Assembly: GCA_963924565.1 (NCBI GenBank)
Contig: OZ004609.1
Coordinates: 26,474,001 to 26,538,000, forward strand
DNA length: 64,000 bases
Source of the DNA: Ascidiella aspersa
Lineage: Eukaryota
Reading direction: 5' to 3'
Below the pieces are notes generated by a model, which worked only from the letters and a program-made list of their open reading frames with translations, had not been told where the DNA came from and ran no database searches. This document shows positions 40,648 through 53,242 of this stretch, one piece after another (positions within the stretch are counted from its first letter, which is position 1; the number at the start of each line of letters is the position of its first letter). A program made the position numbers and the translations under genes.

Positions 40648-40955
40648 CAGTGTTTCTCAACCTATTGGTCGGGACTCAAAACTTGTGGCCCTTTGATGTG
40701 TTCGAGTCGCCGACTAAGTACTTTTATAGATTTATTGAAATTGGTTCTGAGCAAGATCTCATACTTGAGACTCTATATAAAATGGCTGGAGCAATACGAA
40801 AACATGGTCAATATTAATTAAATTTCAATTTATTAGTGCTATTTGTCTTACGTTTTGTTGGCTTGCATATGTTCACTGAAGATATTTGGGTGCCTTCGCT
40901 GTTATACTTAAGCTTATTATTTGGGTCGCCGCGAAAAAAAGGTTGATAAGCACTG
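40648..40955. mobile_element. hAT (Buster/Charlie-type) MITE
   Basis: CAGTGTTTCTCAACCT / AGGTTGATAAGCACTG; TSD gtttaaat / gtttaaag; GGGTCGC subterminal motif. Confidence 0.85.
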
Positions 40956-41308
40956 GTTTAAAGATCGCCTATTCCGGTATCCGTAAAATAATTGCGACAT
41001 TAAGCGCTTTGTTGTTAAACGATATATTCTCCATTTGTGCTGTGGAATTGCGCTTATTTAATCGTGTTTCCGATTTCGTCTAGTTCTGAAGCTTCGCCAC
41101 AACCTAAACAAACATTTCCTTCTGCATATATATCGTTTTTTTTTTGTTTATCTTAATTTCCGTTGTGTGTGTAACATTACTACCGAATAATCAGCGATTT
41201 TATGCACTTTATTGGACACGAAATAAAACCTTCCTCTCTTGCATACACATTTCTGCACATTGGTCCTTAATATTTATAAAAATCAATTTGTGGGGAGTGT
41301 AGTTGGTC

Positions 41309-41677
41309 TCGGGATGTTCGATAATGTCATATCAAGGCCGATACCCAATGTCATGTGATGGTAGGGCTACTCGTCCATATTAGGATATCATCTGTGCCGA
41401 AATGATACCAAATTAATATAGAAATTTTGGCCTTAACTTGCAATCAAAAGCAGCGATTTTACCTTGAAATCAACAGTAGGTTTATCACTCGTTGTAAATA
41501 AACGTATTAACGCTAATGCAAATTTTGTCCTAGCAACCTGGAAAAGTTATTTTTTGTTTAACCGTTTCAATATTATCTATTTTGGTTGTTTGAGCATAGC
41601 GTCATTTGGTATCGGATCGATGCTCTTGACCAAAATATCGTGTATCGGTAAACTGTATAAAATGTCGAACATCCCTT
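41309..41677. mobile_element. Degenerate MITE with GGGATGTTCGA inverted ends and GATAC/GTATCG repeats
   Basis: GGGATGTTCGA (from 41311) / TCGAACATCCC (to 41675); no TSD retained. Confidence 0.6.
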
Positions 41678-43840
41678 GATATGTATCTGTAAGTTATAAC
41701 ACACTTAAATAGTACACAATTGCAAGGTTGAGACCAGTGTTTAATATTTTTAGGAGTAAAATGGCGTAACTAAATTCAAAGTTCTCAAAGTATATAGCAC
41801 TAAATACGCATGAGATATACGGAATTTCGTAAGCGGGGTTATTCACACATACATACTAAAATAGTCATGTAGGCCTTTACGTCGTGCTATTGTCAAACGA
41901 CACCCTTAAAAGCATTAGGCCTACGACAAATATAAGATCAACTATTAAGGCTAGGCTGTTTGGACATGTTGCACCATATTTGGTTTACGCTCAAAGTCAT
42001 CAGGGCAGAAACGATTTCGCTTAAATATTGTCGCCATTAAAGTTATGGTTTACTATCCTGGTCTTTATATCACATTAATGTCAGAAAAATGGACTACTAT
42101 GTATACGAGTTTGCTTGTAACGACGATAGATATAACTTGGCCAACAACAATAAATATACCTTAGTCTTGTTCAATTAGAGTAGGTTGACCAGTGAAGTAC
42201 AGTTCATCCAATTGTTGTGAAACACAGTGCTTGTGGTTGTATTTTTGGCGTAGTTGGAGTTTCAGCCACGATTTTCGGCGCAGCTTTAGACAGTGTGACA
42301 TACCAAGATTTTTTTCCTTAAACACATTGCTAACATTGACATATTTGCACAACATTCGCGAGTTTTTTTCCATATGTTTGTACATCTTGAAATAGACCCG
42401 GCATGCAACGCTGCCAATCTTGTTGCTTTGTGCCTTCCAGGAAGTGGCTTGTTGATTCAGGAGCCGGCAACCACTGCGAAATACCTTCTATTGCGTCACA
42501 AAAGGAGTGTGCTGTTGCTCGTTCATTGCGGCGCAAACGTTAGCCTTTGCTCGACGTTGGCATACCAAGCTGTTTGCCCATGGCCATTTTGCTGGTTACG
42601 ACTCGATGTCATACTTCCGAGCTGTCAAATGGATGCAATATTGCATTAATATCTATGTTAATGTTCCTTTCTGTATCACTCCCGATTTTGGAGTCTCCAG
42701 TGGAAAAGTGCCACTCTTTCGGCAAGTCAGCTCGTCATTTTAATGCTTGGATGACAATGTCAGAGTCTGCTTGGCAGTGCTAAAACTCATGTCAAAGTAG
42801 GATTTCATAACTCCGTAGGAAATATTTATATGCACTTTTAGTCAGATTAACGCAGTTAAAAACGGAAAAACAGTTTTAATAATTTACTTTTAATATTTTT
42901 TTTGCTTATTTTTTACCAATAACTATTTCATAACCAGGAGACAAAAACGTGCATGTGAACATAGCTTTTCGCAAAATGATTTCCAAACAGTGGTGAAAAG
43001 TCCAAACGTATCCAAAAAAGAAACCAATACCGGCACATTAAACTGCGAAGCACACGGCAAGAGGCCATGAAACGAGTTTCCCTCAATTCAGTAAATATTA
43101 AGACACTAACTTCGGCACCACTTGAGGCAATAATAAATCATCTCAATATGGCCTATCTTTTATTTTTTAAGGCAAAGGGCAACATGATTGTGTGTTATTT
43201 ACTTCGCCTACCCTACAAGTCCGACGTCCGCGACATATACTATGTTTGTTAACTCCTGTTGCAGGCAGTGACAGCCTCTTCTTTTCAAACTCACAACTAT
43301 TATTTTATGACATTTTTTTAATTTTTAGGTTTAGTAGGCCTAACAATTTTTATCTTTCTGGAGCCAAAAGTTGTTGGCCTTATTGCATAACGAATCAAAG
43401 CTGCGAAATTGAGCTTACGAAACGGCAACCAATGTCAAACAGAAATATATGTCATAATAATATTATGTTATATATGTCATAAGCAGCGAATCGCCTCAAT
43501 TAACGATTTGCATTTGTTTAAAAAAAAAATAACTTGAAAACTACGTGAAGACTGTAATCGGCACCTTAAAATGATTAACGGGATGAGTAACATCGAATAG
43601 TTAGCAAAGGCAGAAAATCGCGCAATCCTCTCTTAAAAAAAAAAAAAAAAAAATGGGTAAAATAAATTAGAAGCGATGCGTAATATACGGAGGTGGAATG
43701 AATCAACAGTGAAAGATCACTAAATAATACATATTGCTATTAGGGTGAAATAATTCTCGATGCACGATTGATTGGAAGTATTTGACCAATTAAAAAAACG
43801 CCACACTCTTCGTCGTCACTAGCACAGCAGAAAACTCTCA

Positions 43841-46800
43841 TCAAAATTTGGTGGATGTGGTAATTTGCCCAACTTCGTGGAGATATGCGGCCATTAACTT
43901 GATTCCGTTGATGTAGTTTGACCTGAAAAAGAAGTAAAGCGAAATATTATGAAATCGGTTCAGTCGGCAATCATCTCCTAAACCCGAAGACAGTAAACTG
44001 TGACGTTTTACTTCGGTTTAAGTTGGGACTATTAGCGCTTTATTGCACTTTAATACCTATGCGAAAGTCGCCTAAACCAGTGGTCGGCAACCGCCGGTCC
44101 GCGAGGAGTTTGTTACCGGTCCGTAGCAGGGATCCCAGATTAAAATTCTGATTTAAACCCGAACTGTACGTAAAACCTAGATACAAGTCTTGGTTTAAAT
44201 ATATTGATTGGTATAACAAAAAATCGCAGTAAGTATCAAGCTCTCGTGGGGTTCAAAACAGCTAATGTGCTGTGGCCATATGAGTTACATAGCACGTTCA
44301 CAACATCCAAAAATGCATAATTTTATTGGAAAATCTAACTTCTAGTACTAACAATATATCGAGCAATTGGCTAAAATATTATGATTTTTTTCAATCGTTC
44401 TCACCCCAAAGTGCAATAGAATACATTTATGCAAACAATGTTTATAAACAATGTCCAATAATGAATAATTTATTATTTTGACATTTAAGCAGGAAAGGTT
44501 TAAAAAAACGTATGCATTTTAATTAGTTTTAGCAAGTTTTAGCCTTTATATTTTTAGTTTTAGCCTTGATAAAAATGACAGAAAAAAAGCCAGACTTATA
44601 AAATTTGTTGCCAGAAAAGCCAATCTTACATCCTTGTATGTCTGTTCTATACTTTCCAGGTGTCGGTCTGTGGTTCGTACATTTTCATATTGCCATTAAG
44701 TTTTTGTATTACGTTAGAGAAAGTGTCGCGTGGGGCCTGGTAAAAAAACGGGTTTGAAATACATTTATTATATATATATTACAAAGTGTGACTTTTTTAA
44801 TTAAGTTTTAACAGCTGGTAAAAGCTGGTAAGAGTAGAAATAGGTAATAGGCCAATGATATTCGAGTGTAATTTAATGGTATAGAAGTGTAATTTAAGAA
44901 AAAAACGTTTTGTTGAAATGAGCCGCGGGCTTGGTTAAATTGCTTGGCGGGCCTGATGCCGCCTGCGGGTTTCATTACGTTCAATAATTCCTAGATGGGA
45001 GATGTTTTAAGACTCGCTTAGAAAAGTGCTAATTTACAAAACTTTTTAATTAGTAAAATTGGTTTAGTAGTGTAACAAAACACGAACAAACTCATACAAT
45101 TCACATTACGTTCTTTAAGCTGATTTTTTGCGCGAGAAGCATACTTGTCTGCGGAAAGGGTGGTGCAGCATTTATAATCCCGAAAATCGCTGTGAAATAT
45201 CATGTCCAGAAAGAACGAAAAAACGATTCAGTTTGCATGGTCGTATAATCCCAAAATCGCTCTGTATACATTCAGCCCCGACGAGCGACGACCTCAGCTA
45301 GCCGGAGCAAGCGACAAACACCCACCTGTCGAGCTTCTCGTTCTGCGAGTGGGCTCCGTCGTCGCAAGCGCCCACGGGCAGCAGCATCACGTTCTTGCCT
45401 GTGGCTTCCTGGAAGGTGAGCGTCACTGGAATGCTGCCTCCCTCTCGGGTCAGGTCCGGCTCTACTCCGAATACTAAAAAGGCGGTAAGACGGTTTAATA
45501 CACTGTTTCTTAACCTTTTTAGCGCTCGTAACCTTCGAGCTTTCACGAAATGTTCTCGTACCCCCTGTCTACAATGACCGACGGAAGTAAAATAAAATTG
45601 GAATAATTGGAATTAAACTCAGTGCAACTTACGTGTTGAATGCATGCATTAATACAGTCATGCAAGTTCAACAATATTTACAACACACAAACAATCAGTC
45701 AATTTTACCTTATGTGTTGTTGCTTTAACTGAAATACGCATTCGTTAACATATATACCTAAATAGCGCGTAATTTCACACTGCATGTTGTACCACCCTGC
45801 TTTAGTGCTTCGTACCGCCAAGGGGGCCCTGGTTAATAACCCCTGGTATAGTAGTTGGCAGCAGTTTGCCACGTACTTCAGTCCTTGCCTAATAGGCGGC
45901 TGTTGGTCGCGTAACGACTGGTTCTAACAGGTACCTATTGATTCACTGGATGTTGGAACGCCAGCACAAACACGTTGTACCAGTGAGAGCGATGGTGTAA
46001 AACGGTGACACTCACGTGCTTCGAGAGATTTTAAAGTGTGACATACAATAACTTATGTTTTATTTGGAAATTCGTATTATGAATAGACATGTAGGCAACC
46101 ATGTGAGATTTGTATTGCCTTGTAATATAATATTTGAATCTACAATCAAAGTTTACATGCTATTTAAAAAACGCGTTTTTTAACTTTTAAACGTACAAAT
46201 TGCCTACGATCCCAAAGCAAAAATACCACGAAAAAAGACGGTTGCTCTATGAGCGATCAAATAAGCTGGCCAACCTCGGTATTATTTCACGCAAATCGGT
46301 ACCTCGTTTAATCGCTTTGCGTCCGGCGATGTAGTGCGGGTGGTTAAAGTCAGATACCCAGGGCTTTCCGCCGTGGCCCATCTCGACCTTGAGCTTGTTA
46401 GGGCTGTTGCGAGTAGCAAAGACTTTCTTGACGTGGTCCTCGACCTGTGCGAAAGATCAAGGTTTGGGCGCGTTGCACAGCTGACTAACGTCAACTTGAA
46501 AATTCGCGGACAGCGATTAAGGCTATTTGCTTAAGCTGTAAGAAAGTAGTTTTGATTTGATCTTAGAAGATATGGCAGTCACACGAAACCAAGACAGTTT
46601 ATGCGCAAACATCGCGTTTCTCTCGACACATGTGTACAATACATATTATACAGTTATAGTCAACAAACTTAAAGATAGTTTTCAACAACCAAATTTGCTG
46701 ACCTGGTTTCTCAGAACGATGTTTTAAGCATAAAAGCACTGTTGTTTTGGTGGGTTAGCTCGTTATTGGCAGTAAAAAGTTAAACGGTACACTTACATGC

Positions 46801-49492
46801 TTTTTAATTTCATCCGGATGTTGGTCGGGTACGAGTCGGATCGAAAACTTGCCAATCACCTTTCGCGGAATCACCGTTTTGGCACCGGCTCCATCAAAGG
46901 CACCTGAGTGTGAAAAATATTTAATTAAACGTTAGTTTGGGTAGATTTTTTCTCTTTTTAGGCTCGGGATATAAGCAATGTACATCCTGGCGGTGAATCC
47001 TTAATTTCAAGATTAACAGTTAAACATTGGCGATTTTTGGAATAAATGGTTATTGAAATATTGAAAACTGTCGAACGCTAGAGCAATTCGAACTTGCCTT
47101 CGATTCCGTGCAGAGACAGTGAAGAGAACCTCCATCTGTGCATAAGGATCTGCTCCTTTTTAGCGTGGAGCAGCTTTTCGACGCCTACGTCTTTGCGGTA
47201 CTCAGAAAGTTCAAAGTCGATCGGCTCGTACGACTTCAGTTCTTCCTCGGTCACCTGGCAAATGCGAAAAGCAATTACTCATTTAATGAACAAATTGTCT
47301 TCCGTAGCAATGGACTGTCTGAAAGGATTGTCGGTGTCACCATGCAATGAATAAAGTTTAACGCGGTTTGAACGTTTTGTTTACAATCTACGTGTTGTTG
47401 AATATTAGCAGGGGTGGAATATTACATTTAGCTTAGAATATGAATAAAACTTATCTTAAAAGGCTGTGGTACGTATGATGCAAAACATGTGGGCATTTGA
47501 AAAGTTTCTCTTCAGAAAGTAAAACAATTTTTTACACAAAACTGTCAATAATATTTTGTGTTGTAAGTAGAATAAGTTGAACATTTGTATACCCATATCA
47601 CTATTCTAAACTTCTTAGTATTCGGTGCAAATTTTAATTTGCCTTCGCTTTTACAAAGTGCTATATCCAAACACTAGTAGTAGTAGGGCATGATGCATAG
47701 CGGTGCTGCGTGGTACTCAATCGGAATAGGAAATTCAATGATTAACCAGTAATTGGAAGCAAACAAACTGATTGCGAAGTAACCCCAAGTATGCTAACTG
47801 TGTTTTCCTGTGATTGGACAATTAAAATTACGCCCACTGCTGCAGCTGAACTAAATTACCCACAATTCATTCAATTTGCTTTCGCAATTTAAAAAAATAT
47901 TTTGGGCAGATCGTGTCAATAAAACTCTTTAAAATAGCAATGAGGTATCAACATTTATTAAGCTCTCACCTTAGCAACTTTGTCGCAGACACCAGGAATA
48001 AGGATTGTTCCATCTTTGTCGACCAGTGAACCCATGATGGCAATGAGATCTCCCATGGCCTCATGTACACTGCCACCATACACCTAAATATTTTTGCTAT
48101 TCCGATCATCGTTTATTTAATAGCTGTATACAAATAACTAATAATAAGAAATAACATTTTAGAAAATTGATGTGTGCTTAGTCTGGAAAAAAAATGCACC
48201 TGTAGCTGCATTAAGCACTAACCCCAGAGTGCAGGTCTTTTGTGGAGCCTTGCACTTCAACAAAGAAGTAGCAAATACCGCGAAGGCCGTAAGTGATGCA
48301 AGGCTTCTTTTTGCCCAACCAATAGTTGTCTGAGATGCAAACGTAGTCGACATCAGAGAAGAATGTGTCTTTTCTTCAAACACATTATACAAATTAAGTT
48401 TTATTTATTAAATGTGTAATAAGCATGCATGTCATCTAATTATGTCATCTAAATTTATCTATTTGTGTCATTTAAATTGATTATTTATGACATTCTTTAA
48501 TTTATTTGTCACTGTTACCTAAATACATTAGCATATGATTCCAATGTTTTTTGAAAAAAAGTTTAAAGTATTTTCATTGTTGAAAAATAAAATCTAACTT
48601 TTCCATAATAAGCTCATCGAGGCCTTCTGAGCCAGACTCCTCCATTCCTTCAAAGCAGAACTTTAAATTGACTGGAATGTCGATGTTCAGCTTTTGGTAA
48701 GCCTCGATACAATTAAGCCAACAAAGAACTGGCCCTTTATCATCAGTTGAACCTCTTCCAAACATCTTTCCATCTTTCTGATAATTAATACATAAAAATT
48801 TAAAACAGTTGGAATACTAGTAATATGCAGAGCATCGGCAAACAACAACATTACATTTCCCGTAGTTTTTTTTTGAAGAAACAATTAAAATTACCTCAGT
48901 CAACACAAATGGTTCAGTGTCCCAACCATCACTAATTTTGGCTGGCTGAACATCAAGATGCCCATAGACACAAAGCATTGGCTTCTTTGGGTCGTTTCCA
49001 AGAGTTCCCAGGATAATTGGGGGAAGTGGAAGGGTCTGGCCATCAGGAGCAACATGAGTACCTTTCAATATCAATACAAAAACACATAGTTAAACTAGAT
49101 GTGATTCAGTGCCAACCGCATTCAAACTTTTTGGTTATACATATTCAAATACAGCAAAATACACTTTTTAACTGAAATGTATACATTGATCACAGATGCC
49201 ACTTTCATATCTTAACAAAAAGTGAAAATCAGTTAACTGATCTGTTAAAACTAAATAAAAAAATTAAAACATTGCCTGCCAAATTAACAAAAAAAGTACC
49301 AATATCAACCAAATCAGCAGTGCAGCCCAACTTTTTCATCTCCTCTGCAGTGTGTTTCATCTGTCGAATGCATTCTCCCCTCTTTTCCGACCAGGCTGAT
49401 ACACTCTGGATTGCAACCACTTCGGAAAGACGTTTGATGTACAGTTCTTGGTTGTCGTCAATGTATTTGTTAACTTTTTCAAGGTGGGACAT
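43841..49492 (-). CDS. CNDP2: Cytosolic non-specific dipeptidase (M20A family), 479 aa
   Basis: Exons 49492-49300, 49061-48895, 48777-48599, 48373-48223, 48083-47970, 47254-47098, 46903-46797, 46444-46303, 45473-45326, 43922-43841 (1440 nt). Metal/catalytic motifs [40 protein letters not shown] and DGAHSQNEK are intact; no signal peptide. Intron 6 has a GC donor. Confidence 0.96.
44078..45005. mobile_element. Partial/composite hAT element related to 59268-60235 (opposite orientation)
   Basis: 44078-44168 closely matches the reverse complement of about 60146-60235; about 44870-45000 matches about 59410-59490 in reverse; preceded by gcctaaac; far terminus missing. Confidence 0.65.
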
Positions 49493-49930
49493 TGTGCTAT
49501 ATTGAATATGGTTGCAATACAGAGAGCCTATGTCTACAAATCAAAAAGACAGTTTTACCCACCATTGTAAACAAGTAATTTTTGAAGTTACTGGAGTCCC
49601 AGTCAAGTCATTTCTAAAAGTGCTTAAGTCCGAGTCATATTTTTTCAAAATATAACATATTTTTTCAAATATAACTTCAATAAAAGTACAACTTTTAACT
49701 ACTAATATTGGTAAAATTGTTTGATTTTGAGCAATAACTGGACTCAAAAAAATAACAAAACTCCAACATATAACAAACTAATTGTTTTACATGTAAAATT
49801 GAGATAAATAATCTAGTTTTATAACAAAAAATTGTAAATGAAAATACTCAATTTCAACCCAAGTCAGTCCAAGTCTTGTCATTTGTCCCAAAGACTTATG
49901 TCAAGTCACATTAAATTCAGTGACTTAAGT

Positions 49931-50260
49931 CAGGGGTTCTTAAAACTTTTTTTACCGCGGACCCCTTAACTTTTTTTTTGCTTTGCATGGACCCCAGTAG
50001 ACAAGACATGCTCCAAAATGACGTCACGATACAAATAGACTTCATAACTCTGTTAATACGGTCCGAAATATGTGAAATTTAAATGGAGTCTAACTATACA
50101 TTCAGTGCAAAACCACCGTTTAATTTTGAATTAAAGTGTTTTCTTTTAAAAATTAATTGCTTTAATTATACACTAGTTCTTTAATTAGGCCTTCTTGGAC
50201 CCCCTAATATCAGTTCACGGACCCCCAAGGGGTCCATGGACCCCAGTTCAAGAACCCCTG
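49931..50260. mobile_element. hAT (Charlie/MER5-like) MITE inserted in an AAGTC-repeat element upstream of the CNDP2 ATG
   Basis: CAGGGGTTCTT / AAGAACCCCTG TIR; TSD acttaagt / atttaagt; GGACCCC subterminal repeats. Confidence 0.88.
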
Positions 50261-51249
50261 ATTTAAGTCATTAAAGCCCTGGTTTCAACAATGACACACT
50301 AACAAATCAGTAACGTTTGTTTTGAATTACCTTTGAACGGATTCTTGCATAATGAAAAAAATGATCCAACAGATTGATTGTGCAATTTCTTCAAAAATAC
50401 CATGCAAAATTAAAAGGTTTAGAGAATCAGACAATTGAAGTGCTCAGTGGAATATTAGTTCAAGAATAATACCACATGCATGTTTTATGTTGTAGTCGGG
50501 GCATTATTCCAGCCCCTTTTGATAAATCATTCCAGTGATATAATGTGTTGAAACATACTACTGTAATGGGAATTTTTCATGAAATGCCTGTTTCAGGCAT
50601 AGGTATTGTGTGCAATTAACAGCACAACATTTATTGTGGTGATGTTTAGCATCAGTAAGTTATAAAATGCAGTTAGGCTGTTGTTGCTTTAAATAGATTG
50701 CATAAATTAAAATTATGGATTTGTGTGGTATACTTAACAAACATAATACTAAGGTATACTTAACAAACGTATTACTAATGTAATAGTTAACATTGGAAGG
50801 GTTTATTGATGCAACAACCAATCAGTATTACTATTATAAGAATAAATGTACTATGCCAAATTACAAACGAATAGTTTATTTCAATTACAGTGTGTTATGC
50901 TGAATACCACACATAATAACAAACGAAACAATTAAGTGCATATTTAACATATACATCAAATTGCTGTTGTAAACAGCCTTAAGGTAAACCAGAGATGCAC
51001 TATTCCACTTTCTATTCAAATATATAAGCCGAATAACAAAAACGAAACGCATACTTGTATGGGACGCTGCAGTGTCCCGCCGTACCTTCGTAAGCTCAAA
51101 AAATACCTCAGATTAAAAAGGCTCATTGAATATTCAGGTTGTTCGGACGATTACGCGCACTCAAAAAGCTTCGACAATCGGATCCGTTATTTGCTTGAGA
51201 AAGTGTGAAAACTAAACTACACACTTTACTACAAAAGCTTCGTAAGTAA

Positions 51250-51474
51250 AGGCCCGTTTACACTACAGCTGCACTGGGCGTAATTTGCATTTAAATTCTA
51301 TTGTGGCGAGCGTTTCACGCTTTTGCTAAACTCACTCTTTGCTAAACTCAAGTGCAGCTATAGAAAAACTTTACGTTTAGAGCGATTTTTACGCCCACCG
51401 CAGCTGAGTGCAGCTGTAGTGAAAAAAATTCCACGCCCAGCGCAGCTCAGTGCAGCTGTAGTGTAAACGGGCCT
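51250..51474. mobile_element. PIF/Harbinger (Tourist-like) MITE
   Basis: 27-bp perfect TIR AGGCCCGTTTACACTACAGCTGCACTG / CAGTGCAGCTGTAGTGTAAACGGGCCT; TAA on both sides (51247-51249, 51475-51477). Confidence 0.88.
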
Positions 51475-51822
51475 TAATTCACAACGCCAGTCGCCAATAG
51501 CATCCATTTCTACATCAACATTAAAAAGTGCCGCAGCTGTTGCCTTTGGGGGTTACGTTTGATTCTGTTTCTTGCACTACCTGATTTTGACGTTATAACG
51601 TGTGCAAAACATCTCATATAAAAATACCACTTATTAATGACTGCGTTAAAATAGTAGTTTGGAATGACAAGACTCATAGAGCGAAGTTGGTAACACAAGT
51701 CTTTAAGCTAAAAACTATTATCGCAAGCTTGCACAAAACACGCGTAGGAAGGATAAGCAAAGGGCAAAGTTCGCATGTTTGTTCTTCGTTAAACTTTAAC
51801 CCTCTGTTGACATCCTATAAAC

Positions 51823-52066
51823 CAGTGTTTCTTAGTCAGGTGAATGGTTCACCCCAGGGTGAATACAATTTTTGTAGGGGTGAACCAACCAAAAGGGGTG
51901 AATAAGGGTGAACCGGCAGAAATGGATGATAGCTTGCGAGCAGGGCGGAAATTCCGGGTGTGCTGTTATATATATGAGATAGTTTTATCATATCATAAGA
52001 CAAGGGTGAATAAAATCTGGAAATAGATGCTAGGGGTGAAAAACTAAAAAAGTTTAAGAAGCACTG
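51823..52066. mobile_element. hAT MITE (GGGTGAA family)
   Basis: CAGTGTTTCTTA / TAAGAAGCACTG; TSD ctataaac / ctacaaac; second copy at 14848-14987. Confidence 0.85.
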
Positions 52067-52073
52067 CTACAAA

Positions 52074-52484
52074 CAGTGCTTCCCATCCAGTGGGTCGCGA
52101 ACCAATTTCAGGTGGGTAGCGAGGCATTTTTAAATGAAATATTGCACTATCATTAGGTAACATTTATGCAACAATGTAACAAATACGTAGCCTAACAATA
52201 AGAAAAAAAGGCTCAGAACAGCCTGAAAACAGACACTCTTATGCTACGTTACGTGTGAGCTAATTGTCTATCAAGCCTCGACTTGATCTGATAATATCCA
52301 ATATGCAAGCTCAAGTTTCGCATTTAGCCTATAGATAATTGCATGTGTATACATTGTTTATTTTCTTGTTATTTTTATTTGTTTTTTATTTGTTTGGTCA
52401 TTGGTCACTCATATCTCATCGTTGTTCGCACAATAAACTTGCGTTAAAAGTGGGTCGCGAACTTAAAAAGTTCGGGAAGCACTG
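52074..52484. mobile_element. hAT MITE (GGGTCGCGA family)
   Basis: CAGTGCTTCCC / GGGAAGCACTG perfect 11-bp TIR; GTGGGTCGCGAA near both ends; flanks ctacaaa / ctacata. Confidence 0.85.
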
Positions 52485-52491
52485 CTACATA

Positions 52492-53242
52492 TAGGGTTGC
52501 CATATTTTGAAACACGAAATCCCTGACAAATTTACCGCGGTTACGTAGACCAATTTTGTTCTTCTGACAAAAAAGTTTTATCATTTCTGCCAATTTTTTC
52601 GTTTGAGTAAAGAAAGGCAGCGAGTCTTGCTATAAGAAATATGCTTTTCTATATATGTAACCTCACAGTATGCTTTCAGTTGTTCAGTTGTAAATGGAAA
52701 AATATTGATATTCGGTAGTTTGTTAATTATATTGTTTAAATATCGTAGCCGTAGGCCCAAATGATGTTTACCTGCAATTCCAAATTTGGTAAAGAAGACT
52801 GTATAATATTGCTTTTGCCATTATTTAACTTGCAGTATAAAAATTAAAATCCATGATGATTAAACGTTTCTATGTAAGACGACTAAAATAGAACACGCAA
52901 TGCCGGTACGCAAAAACTCTTATAAAGAGCGAAAACAAAATGGTTAAAAAGCAATAACCCTAGTCGTTGTGACGTACAATGAATAGCCTTAGCACTCACG
53001 AGTTACTTCCTGTGAATAGAAAGCTATTTACTAAACAGTACAAACTTAAAAATAAATTGTTATAAATATTGTTTTTGATACTGTGAATGTTGTTTTCGAT
53101 ACTGTGAATGCGCGATATATTTCATACAGTGTGGTTAAAATACGGACATATAAGCAGAATTCGCCATTTCTCCCTGACGCAGATTTCAACGCTAAATTCC
53201 CTGCTGACATGCCAGGGAAAATCCTGACGTATGGCAAGCCTA
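52492..53242. mobile_element. hAT-like non-autonomous element with TAGGGTTGCCATA termini
   Basis: TAGGGTTGCCATA / TATGGCAAGCCTA (12/13); CCCTGAC subterminal motifs; no clear TSD. Confidence 0.7.
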
